Source of the DNA: Cyanobacteria bacterium RYN_339
GTDB taxonomy: Bacteria; Cyanobacteriota; Sericytochromatia; S15B-MN24; JAQBPE01
NCBI GenBank assembly: GCA_028287685.1
Contig: JAQBPE010000080.1
Location: 1 to 63,687, forward strand
Direction: 5' to 3'
Length of the DNA: 63,687 bases
Below the pieces are notes generated by a model. That model worked only from the letters and a program-made list of their open reading frames with translations, did not search any database and was not told the origin of the DNA. The translations under genes and the position numbers were made by a program. Below are positions 38,221 through 48,517 of the stretch, in pieces. Positions within the stretch are counted from its first letter, which is position 1. Every line of letters starts with the position of its first letter.

Positions 38221-38940
38221 TTAATCCTCCAACTTGACTTCGACCCGGTTGGGTCCGACGACGCGCGCGGTGAACTCGCGCTTTGACTGTAGGTTGATGA
38301 CCTTGATCAGCTGGCCCATTGCGCCGGCCGTGCGGGCCTGCCCGTTGGAAACGATCGTGAGGTCGCCGCTGGTGAGGACGATGCTGACCATCTCGCCCGC
38401 CTTGATGACGTTGGGGAGCCGGAACATCTGCGCCGTCAGGATGGTGCCGGGCGGGATGTCCCGCGTGGCCTCCGCCCCCAGGACGGTGACGATGCTGGTG
38501 AGCGGGGCCTGGTTCATGCCGGACACGGCGGTGCGTTGCATGGTGACGTCACCCCCGTTGGCGACGCTGCCCCTGGTGATGCGGTTCTTCGCAACCGCGA
38601 CCTGTTGGAAGACCTTGATCTCCATCCGCGGGAAGATCGTACGGAACTTGCGGCCGTTGACGGACACCTGGACCGGGACGCTGCCCTTGCCACCCAGGTG
38701 GGCGGTGGGCGAGACCTCGAGCGTGACCGCGCCGTCCGGGAGGGCTGGAACGAGGCTGCTGGCGGACATGTCTTGCCACTCCACCACCACGTCCCTGCGG
38801 GGGACCTGGAGGCGCTTCACGACCTCGTTGGTGACGAGATCCATGATTTCCTGCTCGCGCAGGGCAGCGGCATAGGAAGGAAGGGCGGCGATGGCCACTA
38901 ATACTATACCCAGGACTACTTGGAATGCGTGCTTTAGCAA
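38221..38940 (-). CDS. flgA: Flagellar P-ring chaperone FlgA
   Basis: SAF-like segment; IKAGEMVSI, GAMGQLIKVINLQSKR. TTG start placed after a GAGGTG RBS. Confidence 0.85.
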   Translation of the reverse strand: MLKHAFQVVLGIVLVAIAALPSYAAALREQEIMDLVTNEVVKRLQVPRRDVVVEWQDMSASSLVPALPDGAVTLEVSPTAHLGGKGSVPVQVSVNGRKFRTIFPRMEIKVFQQVAVAKNRITRGSVANGGDVTMQRTAVSGMNQAPLTSIVTVLGAEATRDIPPGTILTAQMFRLPNVIKAGEMVSIVLTSGDLTIVSNGQARTAGAMGQLIKVINLQSKREFTARVVGPNRVEVKLED

Positions 38941-39054
38941 GCGTACACCTCGCTTTGCGGCTTGTCGGTGAGGGGAGCACTTGAGCAACCCTTCCCCGAA
39001 ACGACGAAGGAGACGGGCGGGTCGCCCCGCCGCGTCTCCAGCCGCATGCGTCAA

Positions 39055-39846
39055 TTACCTCGAGAGACCGTTGGCGGTTTCCATCATCTTGTCCGACACC
39101 TGGATGGCCTTGGAGGCCGTGTCGTAAGACTTCTGGGTGGCGATCATGGTGACCATCTCGGTCACGATGTCGACGTTGGAGGTTTCGAGCATGCCCTGCT
39201 TGATCAGGCCGCGGCCTTCCAGTGCCGGCCGGCCGATGACCGGGTCACCACTGGCCGGCGAGGCCTTCAGCAAGTTGTTGCCTTCGGCAGACAGGCCGGC
39301 GGGGTTGGGGAAGCGCGCGATGTTGATGACGCCCACTTCCTCTTGTTCCGCCGACAACGGCCGGCGGATCAGCACCAGGCCGTCCTCGCGGATGTGGATG
39401 TCGGTGGCGTCGGCCGGGATCTGGATCTGAGGGCTGAGCAGCAGACCCGTGGAGGTCACGATGTTGCGGTCCTTGTCCAGCTTGAAGGAGCCGTCGCGCG
39501 TGAAGGCTTGGGTGCCGTCGCGTTCCGTCACGATGAAGAAGTCGTTGACCAGGCCGATGGCGTTGTTGGAGTTGTCGATGGCGAGGTGCAGGGGGTTGTT
39601 GGTGACCTGCAAGGAGCCGTGCGAGTAGAGCTTGGTGCTGGCGATCGGGCGGACGCCGCGACCCACCTGGTAGCCGGCATTTTCCAGGCCGGGCTGGTTC
39701 AGGGTCTGGTAGACCAAGTCCTGGAAGTCGACCATCGACTTCTTGAAGCCCGTCGTGTTGACGTTGGCCAGGTTGTTGGCGATGGTGTCGATGCGCATCT
39801 GCTGCGCCTGCATGCCGGTGGCAGCAGTCCAAATACCGTGGATCAT
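39055..39846 (-). CDS. flgG: Flagellar distal rod protein FlgG
   Basis: IANNLANVNTTGFKK...FQDLVYQ, TRDGSF, LETSNVD. Confidence 0.93.
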   Translation of the reverse strand: MIHGIWTAATGMQAQQMRIDTIANNLANVNTTGFKKSMVDFQDLVYQTLNQPGLENAGYQVGRGVRPIASTKLYSHGSLQVTNNPLHLAIDNSNNAIGLVNDFFIVTERDGTQAFTRDGSFKLDKDRNIVTSTGLLLSPQIQIPADATDIHIREDGLVLIRRPLSAEQEEVGVINIARFPNPAGLSAEGNNLLKASPASGDPVIGRPALEGRGLIKQGMLETSNVDIVTEMVTMIATQKSYDTASKAIQVSDKMMETANGLSR

Positions 39847-39862
39847 GAGCTGACTCCTTCTT

Positions 39863-40597
39863 CTACTGCAGGCGACCGAGGTCGTTGACGGTCTTGTTGA
39901 GCAAGTTGTCCTGGGTGGTGATGGCCTTCTGTCCGAACGAGAACGCCTTGTTGATGGTGATCATGTTGACCATCTCGGAGATGACGCTCACGTTGGAGTT
40001 CTCGAGGAAGCCCTGCTCCACGGAGAAGCCCTTGGCTTGTTGCGGGGCGCCGATGTCGCTGGCGGGGAAGGACGGGCCGTTGGCCTGGTCCGGACCCACC
40101 ACCTTGAGCTGGCCCACCGGCCGGTTGCCGGCGAGGATCGTGCCGTCCTGGCGGATCTTCATGTCCTGCGTGGCGATCACGCCCAGCTGGATCTGCTGGT
40201 TGTTGGTGCCAAGCACCCGTTCGCCGCTCTGGGCCACCAGGAAGCCCTGGGTATCCAGCCGGAAGTCACCGTTGCGGGTGACGGCCACGCGGCCGTCGGC
40301 CGCCTGGGTTTGGAAGTAACCATCACCGGAAATGGCCATGTGTAGCGGGTTGTCCGTACGGATCAGCGCGCCCTGGCTCTCGATGCGGGCGGTGCCGATC
40401 TCGCGCACGCCCAGACCCACCTTGTCGTTGGCGGTAGGATGGGCGAACTGCGTGACGAGGTTGTCGAAGCTCTCGCCCACCAGCTGGGTCCGCTTGTAAC
40501 CCGTGGTCGAGACATTGGCAAGATTTCCAGCGACGTCGTTCAACGCATCAATTTGGTATGACATTCCGGATGCGGCTGTGTAGATGCCTTTGAGCAC
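39863..40597 (-). CDS. flgF: Flagellar rod protein FlgF
   Basis: GIYTAASGM, NLANVSTTGYK, TRNGDF, QGFLENSNV; upstream of flgG. Confidence 0.85.
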   Translation of the reverse strand: MLKGIYTAASGMSYQIDALNDVAGNLANVSTTGYKRTQLVGESFDNLVTQFAHPTANDKVGLGVREIGTARIESQGALIRTDNPLHMAISGDGYFQTQAADGRVAVTRNGDFRLDTQGFLVAQSGERVLGTNNQQIQLGVIATQDMKIRQDGTILAGNRPVGQLKVVGPDQANGPSFPASDIGAPQQAKGFSVEQGFLENSNVSVISEMVNMITINKAFSFGQKAITTQDNLLNKTVNDLGRLQ

Positions 40598-40642
40598 GGG
40601 TTACCTCCTTTCGGTTTGATGGGGGTCGTAGCGCCTACGGCG

Positions 40643-41008
40643 CTACTTCTTTGGCCTGCGGCCGGGATTTTCAAATTGTTGGTCGAGGGCGTAGATAAAG
40701 CCCAAGATCTCGTCGACTGCTTTGTACAAGACCGGTGGGATGGCACCGGAGGCTTCCGCCTCCATAACGTCTGCCTGCGGGATGCGGGACACCATGTGCG
40801 GTGCCTCGATGACGAAGTTGAACTCACCAGGCTTCCCATTCGGATCCAATCGGACGGAAAAGGGATCGGCTTGAGGGGCGCTCGTTTCCGGGAGGGGCGT
40901 CGAGGGGAGGGGAGGCAACTTGCCTGTTCGGTTGAAGGGCGTGATGGCGTTGCCAGGCTGGTTGGGCTTGAGTTTGCGCGGGGGGCGCGGGGGGCGGTTG
41001 TCAGACAT
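40643..41008 (-). CDS. Hypothetical Pro-rich protein
   Basis: ATG overlaps the upstream stop codon (TAATG); MSDNRPPRPPRK... Confidence 0.55.
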   Translation of the reverse strand: MSDNRPPRPPRKLKPNQPGNAITPFNRTGKLPPLPSTPLPETSAPQADPFSVRLDPNGKPGEFNFVIEAPHMVSRIPQADVMEAEASGAIPPVLYKAVDEILGFIYALDQQFENPGRRPKK

Positions 41009-42126
41009 TAGAGGATCCCCTGAGCGCGGCTCAACTTCTTGAGGTCGCGCCGCTTGGGCAAGAGGGCGCTGATGGCGCGGGCGTTGCCCACGGCCTGGCA
41101 ACCCAGGATGTCCACGTGGTACGGGCTGGCCACCAGGCGCTGCCGCAGCAGGACCAGGCGGGTGTCCACCAGCTTCTTGATCTTGTCCTCGGCCACCTCG
41201 AAGCGGGCGTTGAGGTGCTCGCGCACGTAGGTGATGTCCACCGTGATGCGGCCCAGGTTCTTGGTCTCCACGGCCAGCGTGACGCGCATGAAGCCGCCCG
41301 CACCGACCTCGCCGCCACCGCCCTCGTTCTGGACGATCAGCTCGGCGGGCATGGGCTGCTGGTCTCGCCAGACGAAGAAAGGCAGGTACTGGGCCGGGTT
41401 GGGGCCCTGCTCCGCCAGCAGCTTGTGGGCGGCGAAGAGGTCGCTCAGGCGGCCCAGCTCGTCCATGGTGCCGTCGGAGAGGCCGCGCGGGTCGACCTTG
41501 GCGAGCTCCTCGGCCAGGCCGCCCAGCGTCTTCTGGAACTCGCCCAGCTGCTTGATCACGTCCTTGTCGAGGTGGCCCTGCTGCCAGAAGGCGTTCAGGT
41601 GCTTGCCCAGGCCGGCCAGCTTCTGGTTCTGCTCGCCCTTGACGGCCATGGTCAGGCGCGCCAGCAGGTGGCTGAGCGGGCCGCCCGTCAGGAGCTGCAT
41701 CACGGCTTGCATGTTCGCGTTGTTGACGGCCAGGCCGTTGGCGTGGAGGACCACCAGCGCCTCGAGCTTGCTGACGTCGCCGTCGCCGACCTGGCTCCAA
41801 AGATTGGATAGGTTTAGGATCTGCTCCTGTTCCAGGCCCTGGCCGTAGCGCAGGAGCTGTTGGGCGATCCGGAGGTTGGCCATGGTCGGCGAGATGCCCA
41901 TGCCGGCCAGGCGGGCCATGATCGAGGCCTCGTTGTGGAAGCCGAAGAAGCGCGCGGCCTTCTGGGCCGCCTTTTGGGCCGCATCGTTGCCGACGCCGAT
42001 CGCCAAAGGCCCGGTGGCGCCACCGGCCCCTGCACTGCTTTCCAGCCCAGGGGAGCGTGGCGGAATCGAGCCGCGCCCGGGCACCTTGTTGCCAGGCACA
42101 GAATTGTTGCCTGGGATCTCCGGCAT
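41008..42126 (-). CDS. Second FliK-like protein (Flg_hook C-terminal domain)
   Basis: VTLAVETKNLGRITVDI...LVDTRLVLLRQRL; first gene of the rod operon. Confidence 0.6.
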   Translation of the reverse strand: MPEIPGNNSVPGNKVPGRGSIPPRSPGLESSAGAGGATGPLAIGVGNDAAQKAAQKAARFFGFHNEASIMARLAGMGISPTMANLRIAQQLLRYGQGLEQEQILNLSNLWSQVGDGDVSKLEALVVLHANGLAVNNANMQAVMQLLTGGPLSHLLARLTMAVKGEQNQKLAGLGKHLNAFWQQGHLDKDVIKQLGEFQKTLGGLAEELAKVDPRGLSDGTMDELGRLSDLFAAHKLLAEQGPNPAQYLPFFVWRDQQPMPAELIVQNEGGGGEVGAGGFMRVTLAVETKNLGRITVDITYVREHLNARFEVAEDKIKKLVDTRLVLLRQRLVASPYHVDILGCQAVGNARAISALLPKRRDLKKLSRAQGIL

Positions 42127-42347
42127 GACGTTCCCCCGCAGGACCTAAATCCTTGTATATCGCCCCGCTTTATGTACCCGCGGGCCGCGGGACGCAAACG
42201 GGACGGGGCCCCCAGCGAGGTTATGTCACCTTCCAGGGGGTCCGCTATGACGGGGGTCACCGGGTCGCCAAAAAAAGCTTACTCCCGGTCGCGCAACCGG
42301 CGCGACCGGGACCAAGCTTCCTCCTCCACCGTTACCTCGAGATGTGA

Positions 42348-42641
42348 TTAGGTCGAAATCGGCGGCGGCGGAGGCGGCGGCGAGGGCCGTCCTCCACGCG
42401 TGCCGGTGTTCGTGGTCCCCTGGCCGGTGTTGTCGACCAGGATCAACTTGGGCACTTCCACCGAATTCAGGTCCAACGCGGCCGGCGCGGCGTCCAGGCC
42501 GCTTGCCTTGGTGAAGAGCGCATCCTGCGGGGCACCCGGCGCTGCCGGCTCGGCGGGAGCAGCCAATTCCGCTCCGACGGCGGCCGCCGTTCCCGTTGAC
42601 GGCAAGGCCGTGAACGACGAGCTTGCGGGGTTGATTTGCAT
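42348..42641 (-). CDS. Small low-complexity hypothetical protein
   Basis: GGAGG RBS; 97 aa; poly-Pro tail. Confidence 0.55.
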   Translation of the reverse strand: MQINPASSSFTALPSTGTAAAVGAELAAPAEPAAPGAPQDALFTKASGLDAAPAALDLNSVEVPKLILVDNTGQGTTNTGTRGGRPSPPPPPPPIST

Positions 42642-42744
42642 TGGGTGGTTTCCTCCAGCGGGACAAGGTCCATATGGACGAAGCCCGTTGGCACCTGACG
42701 GTATTTAACAGAGATTTGACAGTTCGTGCGGAACTTTTAAAACA

Positions 42745-43110
42745 TCACGCCCAGAACTTCCACCAGGGCCGCCGCACAGGGCGCGCGTGGAGGTCCAGCA
42801 GCTCGGCCTTGAGCGACTCGAACTGCGCCAGATCACCCAACGGTTCCTCGAAATGCTCGCTTGGCGCGGGATCATCCGAGATCAGGCGCACGATCGACTC
42901 GCAAGTGCGGTCGACGTCCTTGAGGCTCTTGATCAGCTTGAGGAACGCGAAGTCCCGCTCCTCCAGGAGCAGATGGCCAAAGCCGTCGTAGCGCCGCTCC
43001 CAGCGGAAGCTGGTGAGCCACTCATGCACGCAGGCCTCCGGAACGGCCAGCCTGCGGGCGGCCTCTTCCATGGTGAGCGGCATCGGGATGGGGGCGCTTG
43101 CGATCGTCAT
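42745..43110 (-). CDS. MerR-like HTH DNA-binding protein
   Basis: LTMEEAARRLAVP..VHEW...RDFAFLKLIKSL; tail RRPWWKFW. Confidence 0.65.
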   Translation of the reverse strand: MTIASAPIPMPLTMEEAARRLAVPEACVHEWLTSFRWERRYDGFGHLLLEERDFAFLKLIKSLKDVDRTCESIVRLISDDPAPSEHFEEPLGDLAQFESLKAELLDLHARPVRRPWWKFWA

Positions 43111-43174
43111 CTCCCTATTCAGATCGGCCTTCTACCTGGCGACCTGTAGGTCCCCGCGCGTAAATAAAATTGTA

Positions 43175-43948
43175 TTATGTAGCGAAGGTCACCGCGCGCG
43201 TCTTGCCAGCCCAGAAGGGCCGGTCTTCCACGGTTACAACTTGGCCGGACGCTGTCGTGAGGCGGGTTCCCGCTGCCGCATGGGCCGCCTTCGCGAAGCC
43301 CAGGCCGATCTCGCCGTGCACGCTGCTAACGTAACCGACTTCGCGATCGGCATCGAAGAGCTTCTCGCCCTCGGCGATCGCCCCGCGCAGGCCCACCAGG
43401 TACCGCTGGACCTTGTCGTAGGCGTTCAAGCGAGCCACGATCTCCTGGCCCAGGTAGCACCCCTTCGCCAGGGATACGGAGCCGTCCAGGCGCCCTTCCC
43501 AGGGGTTGCGGGCGTCCGTCAGATCCTTGCCCACGCACGGCAGGCCCTCCGCCAACCGCCAGGCTTCGAACTCGTCCGCCGTCACCTCCCGGGCGCCTTC
43601 CGGCTTGGCTCCCAGCGCGAACCGCCCATCGGAAAGCGTCCACACCGGCATCTCGCCCGTGTGGTCCTCCAGCTGGACGTCTTCCGTGATCAGGTACCGA
43701 TCAAGCCACGCCATCAGCTCCGCGGCCTTGCCCGGGCTCCCGGTCACCCAGTGCTCGTCGGCGCCCGCCTCCACCGTGACCCAGTCCAGGATCCCGGCGC
43801 GCTGGTTCACCACCACGGCCTGGCAGGCGGCCCCGGGGGCCAGGCCCTTGATGTCGTTGGTGGTCATGTTGTGGAGGAAGGCGGCGCGGTCGGCGCCCGT
43901 GAGGCGGATCCGGGCGCGGTCGGGCTGGAGGTAGGCGAATGGTTCCAT
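43175..43948 (-). CDS. ygfZ: YgfZ/GcvT folate-binding Fe-S maturation protein
   Basis: Signature KGCYLGQE; GADRAAFLHNMTTND. Confidence 0.9.
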   Translation of the reverse strand: MEPFAYLQPDRARIRLTGADRAAFLHNMTTNDIKGLAPGAACQAVVVNQRAGILDWVTVEAGADEHWVTGSPGKAAELMAWLDRYLITEDVQLEDHTGEMPVWTLSDGRFALGAKPEGAREVTADEFEAWRLAEGLPCVGKDLTDARNPWEGRLDGSVSLAKGCYLGQEIVARLNAYDKVQRYLVGLRGAIAEGEKLFDADREVGYVSSVHGEIGLGFAKAAHAAAGTRLTTASGQVVTVEDRPFWAGKTRAVTFAT

Positions 43949-43974
43949 GGGCTAGGTAGTATCATGGATGTGCC

Positions 43975-45135
43975 ATGCCGCGCACCTACCTGGACTACCA
44001 AGCCACCACCCCGCTGGACCCCCGTGTGCTGGAGGCCATGATGCCTTACCTCACGGAGCGCTTCGGCAACGCCGCGAGCGCCTCCCACCCTTACGGCTGG
44101 GAGGCGGAGGCGGCCGTGAAGGTGGCGCGCCGCCAGGTGGCCGACGCGCTGGGGGCCCATCCGGACGAGATCGTCTGGACCTCCGGCGCTACGGAATCGA
44201 TCAACCTGGCCCTCAAGGGAGCCGCGGAGGCGGAGCAAGGTGGGGGCCGGCACCTCGTCACGCTGGCGACCGAGCACCCGGCCACGCTCGATACGTGCCG
44301 CAACTTGGAGGCGCGCGGGTGGTCGGTGACTTACATGCCGGTGGACGCGACCGGCGTGGTGGAGCCCTCGGCGGTCGCGGCCGCACTGCGCCCTGACACG
44401 GTGCTTGTCTCCATAGCCCACGCCAACAACGAGATCGGCACGGTGCAAGCCATCGCGGAGATCGGTGCGCTGGTCCGCGCCGCGGGCGCGCTCTTCCATG
44501 TCGACGCGGCCCAATCGTTCGGCAAGCTCCCGCTGGCCAACATCCCCGTCGACTTGCTGTCGCTCTCCAGCCACAAGCTCTACGGCCCCAAGGGCGTCGG
44601 CGCCTTGTACGTCCGGCGTCGCGATCCCCGTGTCAGGCTGGTTTCCCAGATCCATGGCGGAGGCCACCAGCGCGGCCTGCGGTCCGGCACCCTCAACGTC
44701 CCCGCCATCGTCGGCCTGGGCGTCGCGACCACCCTGGCCCTCGCGGAGATGGACACGGAGCACCTCCGTCTGACCCAGCTCCGCGACCAGCTATACCGGC
44801 GGTTGGCCACGCTGGAAGGCGTGACGCTCAACGGCCATCCTACGCGCCGGCTGGCCGGCAACCTCAACGTGAGCTTCGCGCAGGCTCCCGCGGACGCCGT
44901 GATTGCCAGGCTAACGGGCCTTGCGCTGTCCAGCGGGGCGGCCTGCTCGTCCGCGTCCCTGGAGCCTTCCCATGTGTTGCGGGCGATCGGGGTGCCCGAT
45001 GGCCTGGCCAAGTGTACGCTGCGCTTTGGATTGGGGCGTCCTACCACCCGCGATGAGGTCGAGGCGGCGGCTGACCAGGTGATCGAGGCCGTGCAGGCGG
45101 TGAGGGCGGCCAATCCCATGTATGGGGTAGAATAG
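43975..45135 (+). CDS. iscS: Cysteine desulfurase, IscS/NifS class I
   Basis: YLDYQATTP, SHKLYGPKG, RSGT, SSGAACSS. Confidence 0.93.
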   Translation: MPRTYLDYQATTPLDPRVLEAMMPYLTERFGNAASASHPYGWEAEAAVKVARRQVADALGAHPDEIVWTSGATESINLALKGAAEAEQGGGRHLVTLATEHPATLDTCRNLEARGWSVTYMPVDATGVVEPSAVAAALRPDTVLVSIAHANNEIGTVQAIAEIGALVRAAGALFHVDAAQSFGKLPLANIPVDLLSLSSHKLYGPKGVGALYVRRRDPRVRLVSQIHGGGHQRGLRSGTLNVPAIVGLGVATTLALAEMDTEHLRLTQLRDQLYRRLATLEGVTLNGHPTRRLAGNLNVSFAQAPADAVIARLTGLALSSGAACSSASLEPSHVLRAIGVPDGLAKCTLRFGLGRPTTRDEVEAAADQVIEAVQAVRAANPMYGVE

Positions 45136-45230
45136 GGTCATGCAGTCCGCCTTTTCCAATGGAAAGCACCCGCACTACGGGTTGTGAGCCACCGTTTCTT
45201 TTGAATCCCCCCCTGAGATTTGAAAGGAGC

Positions 45231-46631
45231 ATGTCGATGCTGACCTCCGACCCCTCTTCCATCAACCCCACCGACGACAAGATCGTCCACAAGCGCCCGC
45301 CCGCGGGCCCCGCCGAGCTCGTCCACAAGCACCTGCGCACCGGCGAGTTCTGGCGCACCATCCCGGCCTACAAGGACGTGGACGAGGCGACCTTCCTCGA
45401 CCACATCTGGCAGGGCAAGAACTCGATCGTGACGATCGACCGCCTGATCGAGACGATCCAGGGCTTGGCGTCGCCCGAGTTCATCGAAGACGCCCGGCAG
45501 GGCTTCCTGAGGGCGCCCATGTCCGTGCGCGTGTCGCCCTACATGATCGCGACGATCGACTGGAACGATCCCTACAACGACCCCATCCGCACGCAGTTCC
45601 TGCCGCTGGCGTCGCGCCTGCGCCCCGACCACCCGATGCTCAGCCTCGACTCGTTGCACGAGCAGGATGACGCGCCCGTGCCCGGTCTGACGCACCGTTA
45701 CCCGGACAAGGCGTTGTTCCTGGCGCTCGACGTCTGCCCGGTCTACTGCCGCTTCTGCACCCGCTCGTACGCGGTGGGCACGGACACCCAGGAGGTCGAG
45801 AAGGTCGCCCTGAACGCCAGCCCCAAGCGCTGGGAGCGGATCTTCCAGTACATCTCCGAGCGCCCGGAGCTCGAAGACATCGTGATCTCCGGCGGCGACA
45901 TGTACCAGCTGGCGCCGGCGCACATCAAGACCATCGGCGAGCGGCTGCTAAACATGCCGAACATCCGGCGCATGCGCTTCGCCACCAAGGGCCCGGCCGT
46001 CATGCCCATGAAGATCCTGACGGACAACAACTGGTTCGACGCCCTGATCCACGTGGTGGAGATGGGCCGGAAGATGGGCAAGGAGGTCGTCCTCCACACC
46101 CACTTCAACCACCCCAACGAGATCACCTGGATCACGGAGCGCGCGATGCAGCGCCTCTTCGAGAAGGGCGTGTTCGTGCGCAACCAGTGCGTGCTTCAGC
46201 GCGGCGTGAACGACGACCCGGAAACCATGCGCCTGTTGGTCAAGCGCCTCGGCCACCTGAACGTTCACCCTTACTACGTCTACCTGCACGACCTCGTGAA
46301 GGGCGTGGAGGACCTGCGCACCACGCTGCAGACCGCCATCAACATCGAGAAGTACGTGCGCGGCTCCACGGCCGGCTTCAACACGCCTACCTTCGTGTGC
46401 GACGCTCCCGGTGGCGGCGGCAAGCGCGACGTCCACAGCGCGGAGTACTACGACCGCGAGAACGGCATCTCCGTCTACACGGCGCCGAGCGTCAAGGAAG
46501 GCCAGTACTTCCTGTACTTCGATCCCGTCGACCAACTGGGCCCGGTGGCCCAGGCGCGCTGGAAGGACCCGGTGATCTACAACGCCATGATCGCCGACGC
46601 GATCGAGAAAGCCCGCGCCTACCAGCCTTGA
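45231..46631 (+). CDS. KamA-family radical SAM aminomutase (lysine 2,3-aminomutase-like)
   Basis: HRYPDK, CPVYCRFC, SGGD, HFNHPNE, DAPGGGGK. Confidence 0.9.
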   Translation: MSMLTSDPSSINPTDDKIVHKRPPAGPAELVHKHLRTGEFWRTIPAYKDVDEATFLDHIWQGKNSIVTIDRLIETIQGLASPEFIEDARQGFLRAPMSVRVSPYMIATIDWNDPYNDPIRTQFLPLASRLRPDHPMLSLDSLHEQDDAPVPGLTHRYPDKALFLALDVCPVYCRFCTRSYAVGTDTQEVEKVALNASPKRWERIFQYISERPELEDIVISGGDMYQLAPAHIKTIGERLLNMPNIRRMRFATKGPAVMPMKILTDNNWFDALIHVVEMGRKMGKEVVLHTHFNHPNEITWITERAMQRLFEKGVFVRNQCVLQRGVNDDPETMRLLVKRLGHLNVHPYYVYLHDLVKGVEDLRTTLQTAINIEKYVRGSTAGFNTPTFVCDAPGGGGKRDVHSAEYYDRENGISVYTAPSVKEGQYFLYFDPVDQLGPVAQARWKDPVIYNAMIADAIEKARAYQP

Positions 46632-47446
46632 TCGCCTTCCCGAACATCGATCCGGTGCTCCACCTGGGGCCGTTGAATATTCGCTGGTACGCGATGATGT
46701 ACATTCTCGGCTTCGCCGTGACGTACTTCGTGATCGAGAAGCGCGCGAAGGAGACCAAGCTCCCCTTCGCGCCAACGGACTCGGGCGACCTCATCGCCGG
46801 GCTGATCTTCGGCCTGTTGATCGGGGCTCGCCTGGGCTTCGTGCTGTTCTACAAGCCGGGCTACTACCTGATGGACCCGTTCAAGATCTTCGCGCTGTGG
46901 GAGGGCGGCATGTCCTTCCACGGCGGCTTCATCGGTGTCTTGCTGGTGGCGCTGTGGTTCTGCCGCAAGCGCGCCATCGGCTTCCTGGACCTGTGCGACA
47001 TGGTGTCGCCGGCGGCGCCGTTGGGCCTGGCGCTCGGGCGGCTGGGCAACTTCATCAACGGCGAGCTGTGGGGCAAGCCCAGCACCGTGCCCTGGGCCAT
47101 GGTCTTCCCCAACGACCCCACCCACCTGCCGCGCCACCCGTCCCAGCTCTACGAGCTGCTGACGGAGGGCCTGCTGCTGGCCGCGGTGCTGTGGGGCATT
47201 CGCAACAAGCGTTTGCCGTCCGGCACGATGCTGGGTGTCTTCATCGCGGGCTATGGGTGCGCCCGCATCTTCTGCGAGTTCTTCCGCGAGCCAGACGCCG
47301 AGCTGGTGTTCGGCCTGATCCCGCGCGGGATGTTCCTGTCGCTGCCGATGGTTCTCGGCGGCGCGGCCCTTATCTGGTGGGCAAAAATGCGCCAGCCCTC
47401 CTCCCCCATTTCGGGGGAGGTTCCCGCCATAGCGGAAGGGGCCTAG
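46628..47446 (+). CDS. lgt: Prolipoprotein diacylglyceryl transferase
   Basis: [43 protein letters not shown]. Confidence 0.95.
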   Translation: MIAFPNIDPVLHLGPLNIRWYAMMYILGFAVTYFVIEKRAKETKLPFAPTDSGDLIAGLIFGLLIGARLGFVLFYKPGYYLMDPFKIFALWEGGMSFHGGFIGVLLVALWFCRKRAIGFLDLCDMVSPAAPLGLALGRLGNFINGELWGKPSTVPWAMVFPNDPTHLPRHPSQLYELLTEGLLLAAVLWGIRNKRLPSGTMLGVFIAGYGCARIFCEFFREPDAELVFGLIPRGMFLSLPMVLGGAALIWWAKMRQPSSPISGEVPAIAEGA

Positions 47447-48039
47447 ACCTCTCGGCGTCCCTCCAGGGCCTTCACCAGCGTGAGCTCGTCCGCGTACTCG
47501 AGGTCGCCGCCGATCGGCAGGCCGAAGGCAATGCGGGTGACCTTCACCCCCGCCGGCTTGATCAGGCGGCTCAGGTAGAGCGAGGTGGCCTCGCCCTCCA
47601 CGCTCGGGTTGATGGCGAGGATCACCTCGTTCACCTCCGAGCCCTGCAACCGGACCAGCAGCTCCTTGATCTTGAGCTGTTCCGGGCCGACGCCGTCCAA
47701 GGGGGAGATCATGCCGCCCAGCACGTGGTAGGTGCCTTTGAACTCGCGCGTTCGTTCCAGCGCCACCAGGTCTCGCGGCTCGGCCACCACGCAGATGGTG
47801 TGGCGATCGCGCGCGGGGCTTTTGCAGATGTCGCAGGGGTCGTCGGCGCTGAGGTTCGAGCAAACGGAGCAGAACTTGATCTGCTCCTTGGCATCCACCA
47901 TCGCTTTCGCTAGATTTTGCACCGCTTGGGCCGGCAGCTTGATCAAGTGGAAGGCAAGGCGCTGGGAAGACTTGGGGCCGATGCCCGGCAGCTTCTCCAG
48001 TTCCTCGATCAGGCGTGCGAGGGGCTTGGTGTAGAGCAC
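47443..48039 (-). CDS. recR: Recombination protein RecR
   Basis: LPGIGPKS HhH, C4 zinc finger, [27 protein letters not shown]. Confidence 0.97.
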   Translation of the reverse strand: MLYTKPLARLIEELEKLPGIGPKSSQRLAFHLIKLPAQAVQNLAKAMVDAKEQIKFCSVCSNLSADDPCDICKSPARDRHTICVVAEPRDLVALERTREFKGTYHVLGGMISPLDGVGPEQLKIKELLVRLQGSEVNEVILAINPSVEGEATSLYLSRLIKPAGVKVTRIAFGLPIGGDLEYADELTLVKALEGRREV

Positions 48040-48045
48040 TGGGTT

Positions 48046-48393
48046 TTAAAACCCCATGCCGGGCAACTTCATCCCACCCGTGATGCCGTTCATCTGGCTG
48101 GACGCCAGGGCATTGGCCTTGGTCTGGGCGTCCTTGATGGCCGCCATCACCAGGTCTTCCAGGGTCTCGACGTCGTCAGGGTCCACCGCTTCGGGCTTGA
48201 TCTTGACCGCCGTGCACTCCATGGAGCCGCTCATGGAGATCGTCACGGCGCCGCCGCCGGCGGTGCCTTCCACGACCTGGCCGCCCAGGTCCTCCTGCAT
48301 CTTCATCATGGCTTCTTGCATCTTCTGGGCCTGCTTCATGAGCTTGCCCATGTCCATGCCGCCGCCGCCACCGAAACCGCCGGGTCCACGCAT
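48046..48393 (-). CDS. ybaB: YbaB/EbfC nucleoid-associated protein
   Basis: MKQAQKMQ, GTAGGGAV, DVETLEDLV; canonical position upstream of recR. Confidence 0.93.
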   Translation of the reverse strand: MRGPGGFGGGGGMDMGKLMKQAQKMQEAMMKMQEDLGGQVVEGTAGGGAVTISMSGSMECTAVKIKPEAVDPDDVETLEDLVMAAIKDAQTKANALASSQMNGITGGMKLPGMGF

Positions 48394-48517
48394 GCGTATT
48401 TCCTCCATCTAAAGCACCCCATTATAGCATCCGGTGCCGATTTCCGCCCCGTGGTACACTGGACGGAACTGTCAGCGATTGGGCGTCGTCCATCCCTCGA
48501 GCGGAGAACCCACCACC

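Noticed and set aside
29552-40597. Possible non-flagellar type III secretion system
   Set aside because: Rod, P/L-ring, flagellin and sigma28 genes identify it as flagellar.
42189-42198. GGGACGCAAA resembling part of a c-di-GMP-I riboswitch
   Set aside because: No upstream GYAAA or GNRA-capped stem, and it is on the strand opposite the flanking genes.
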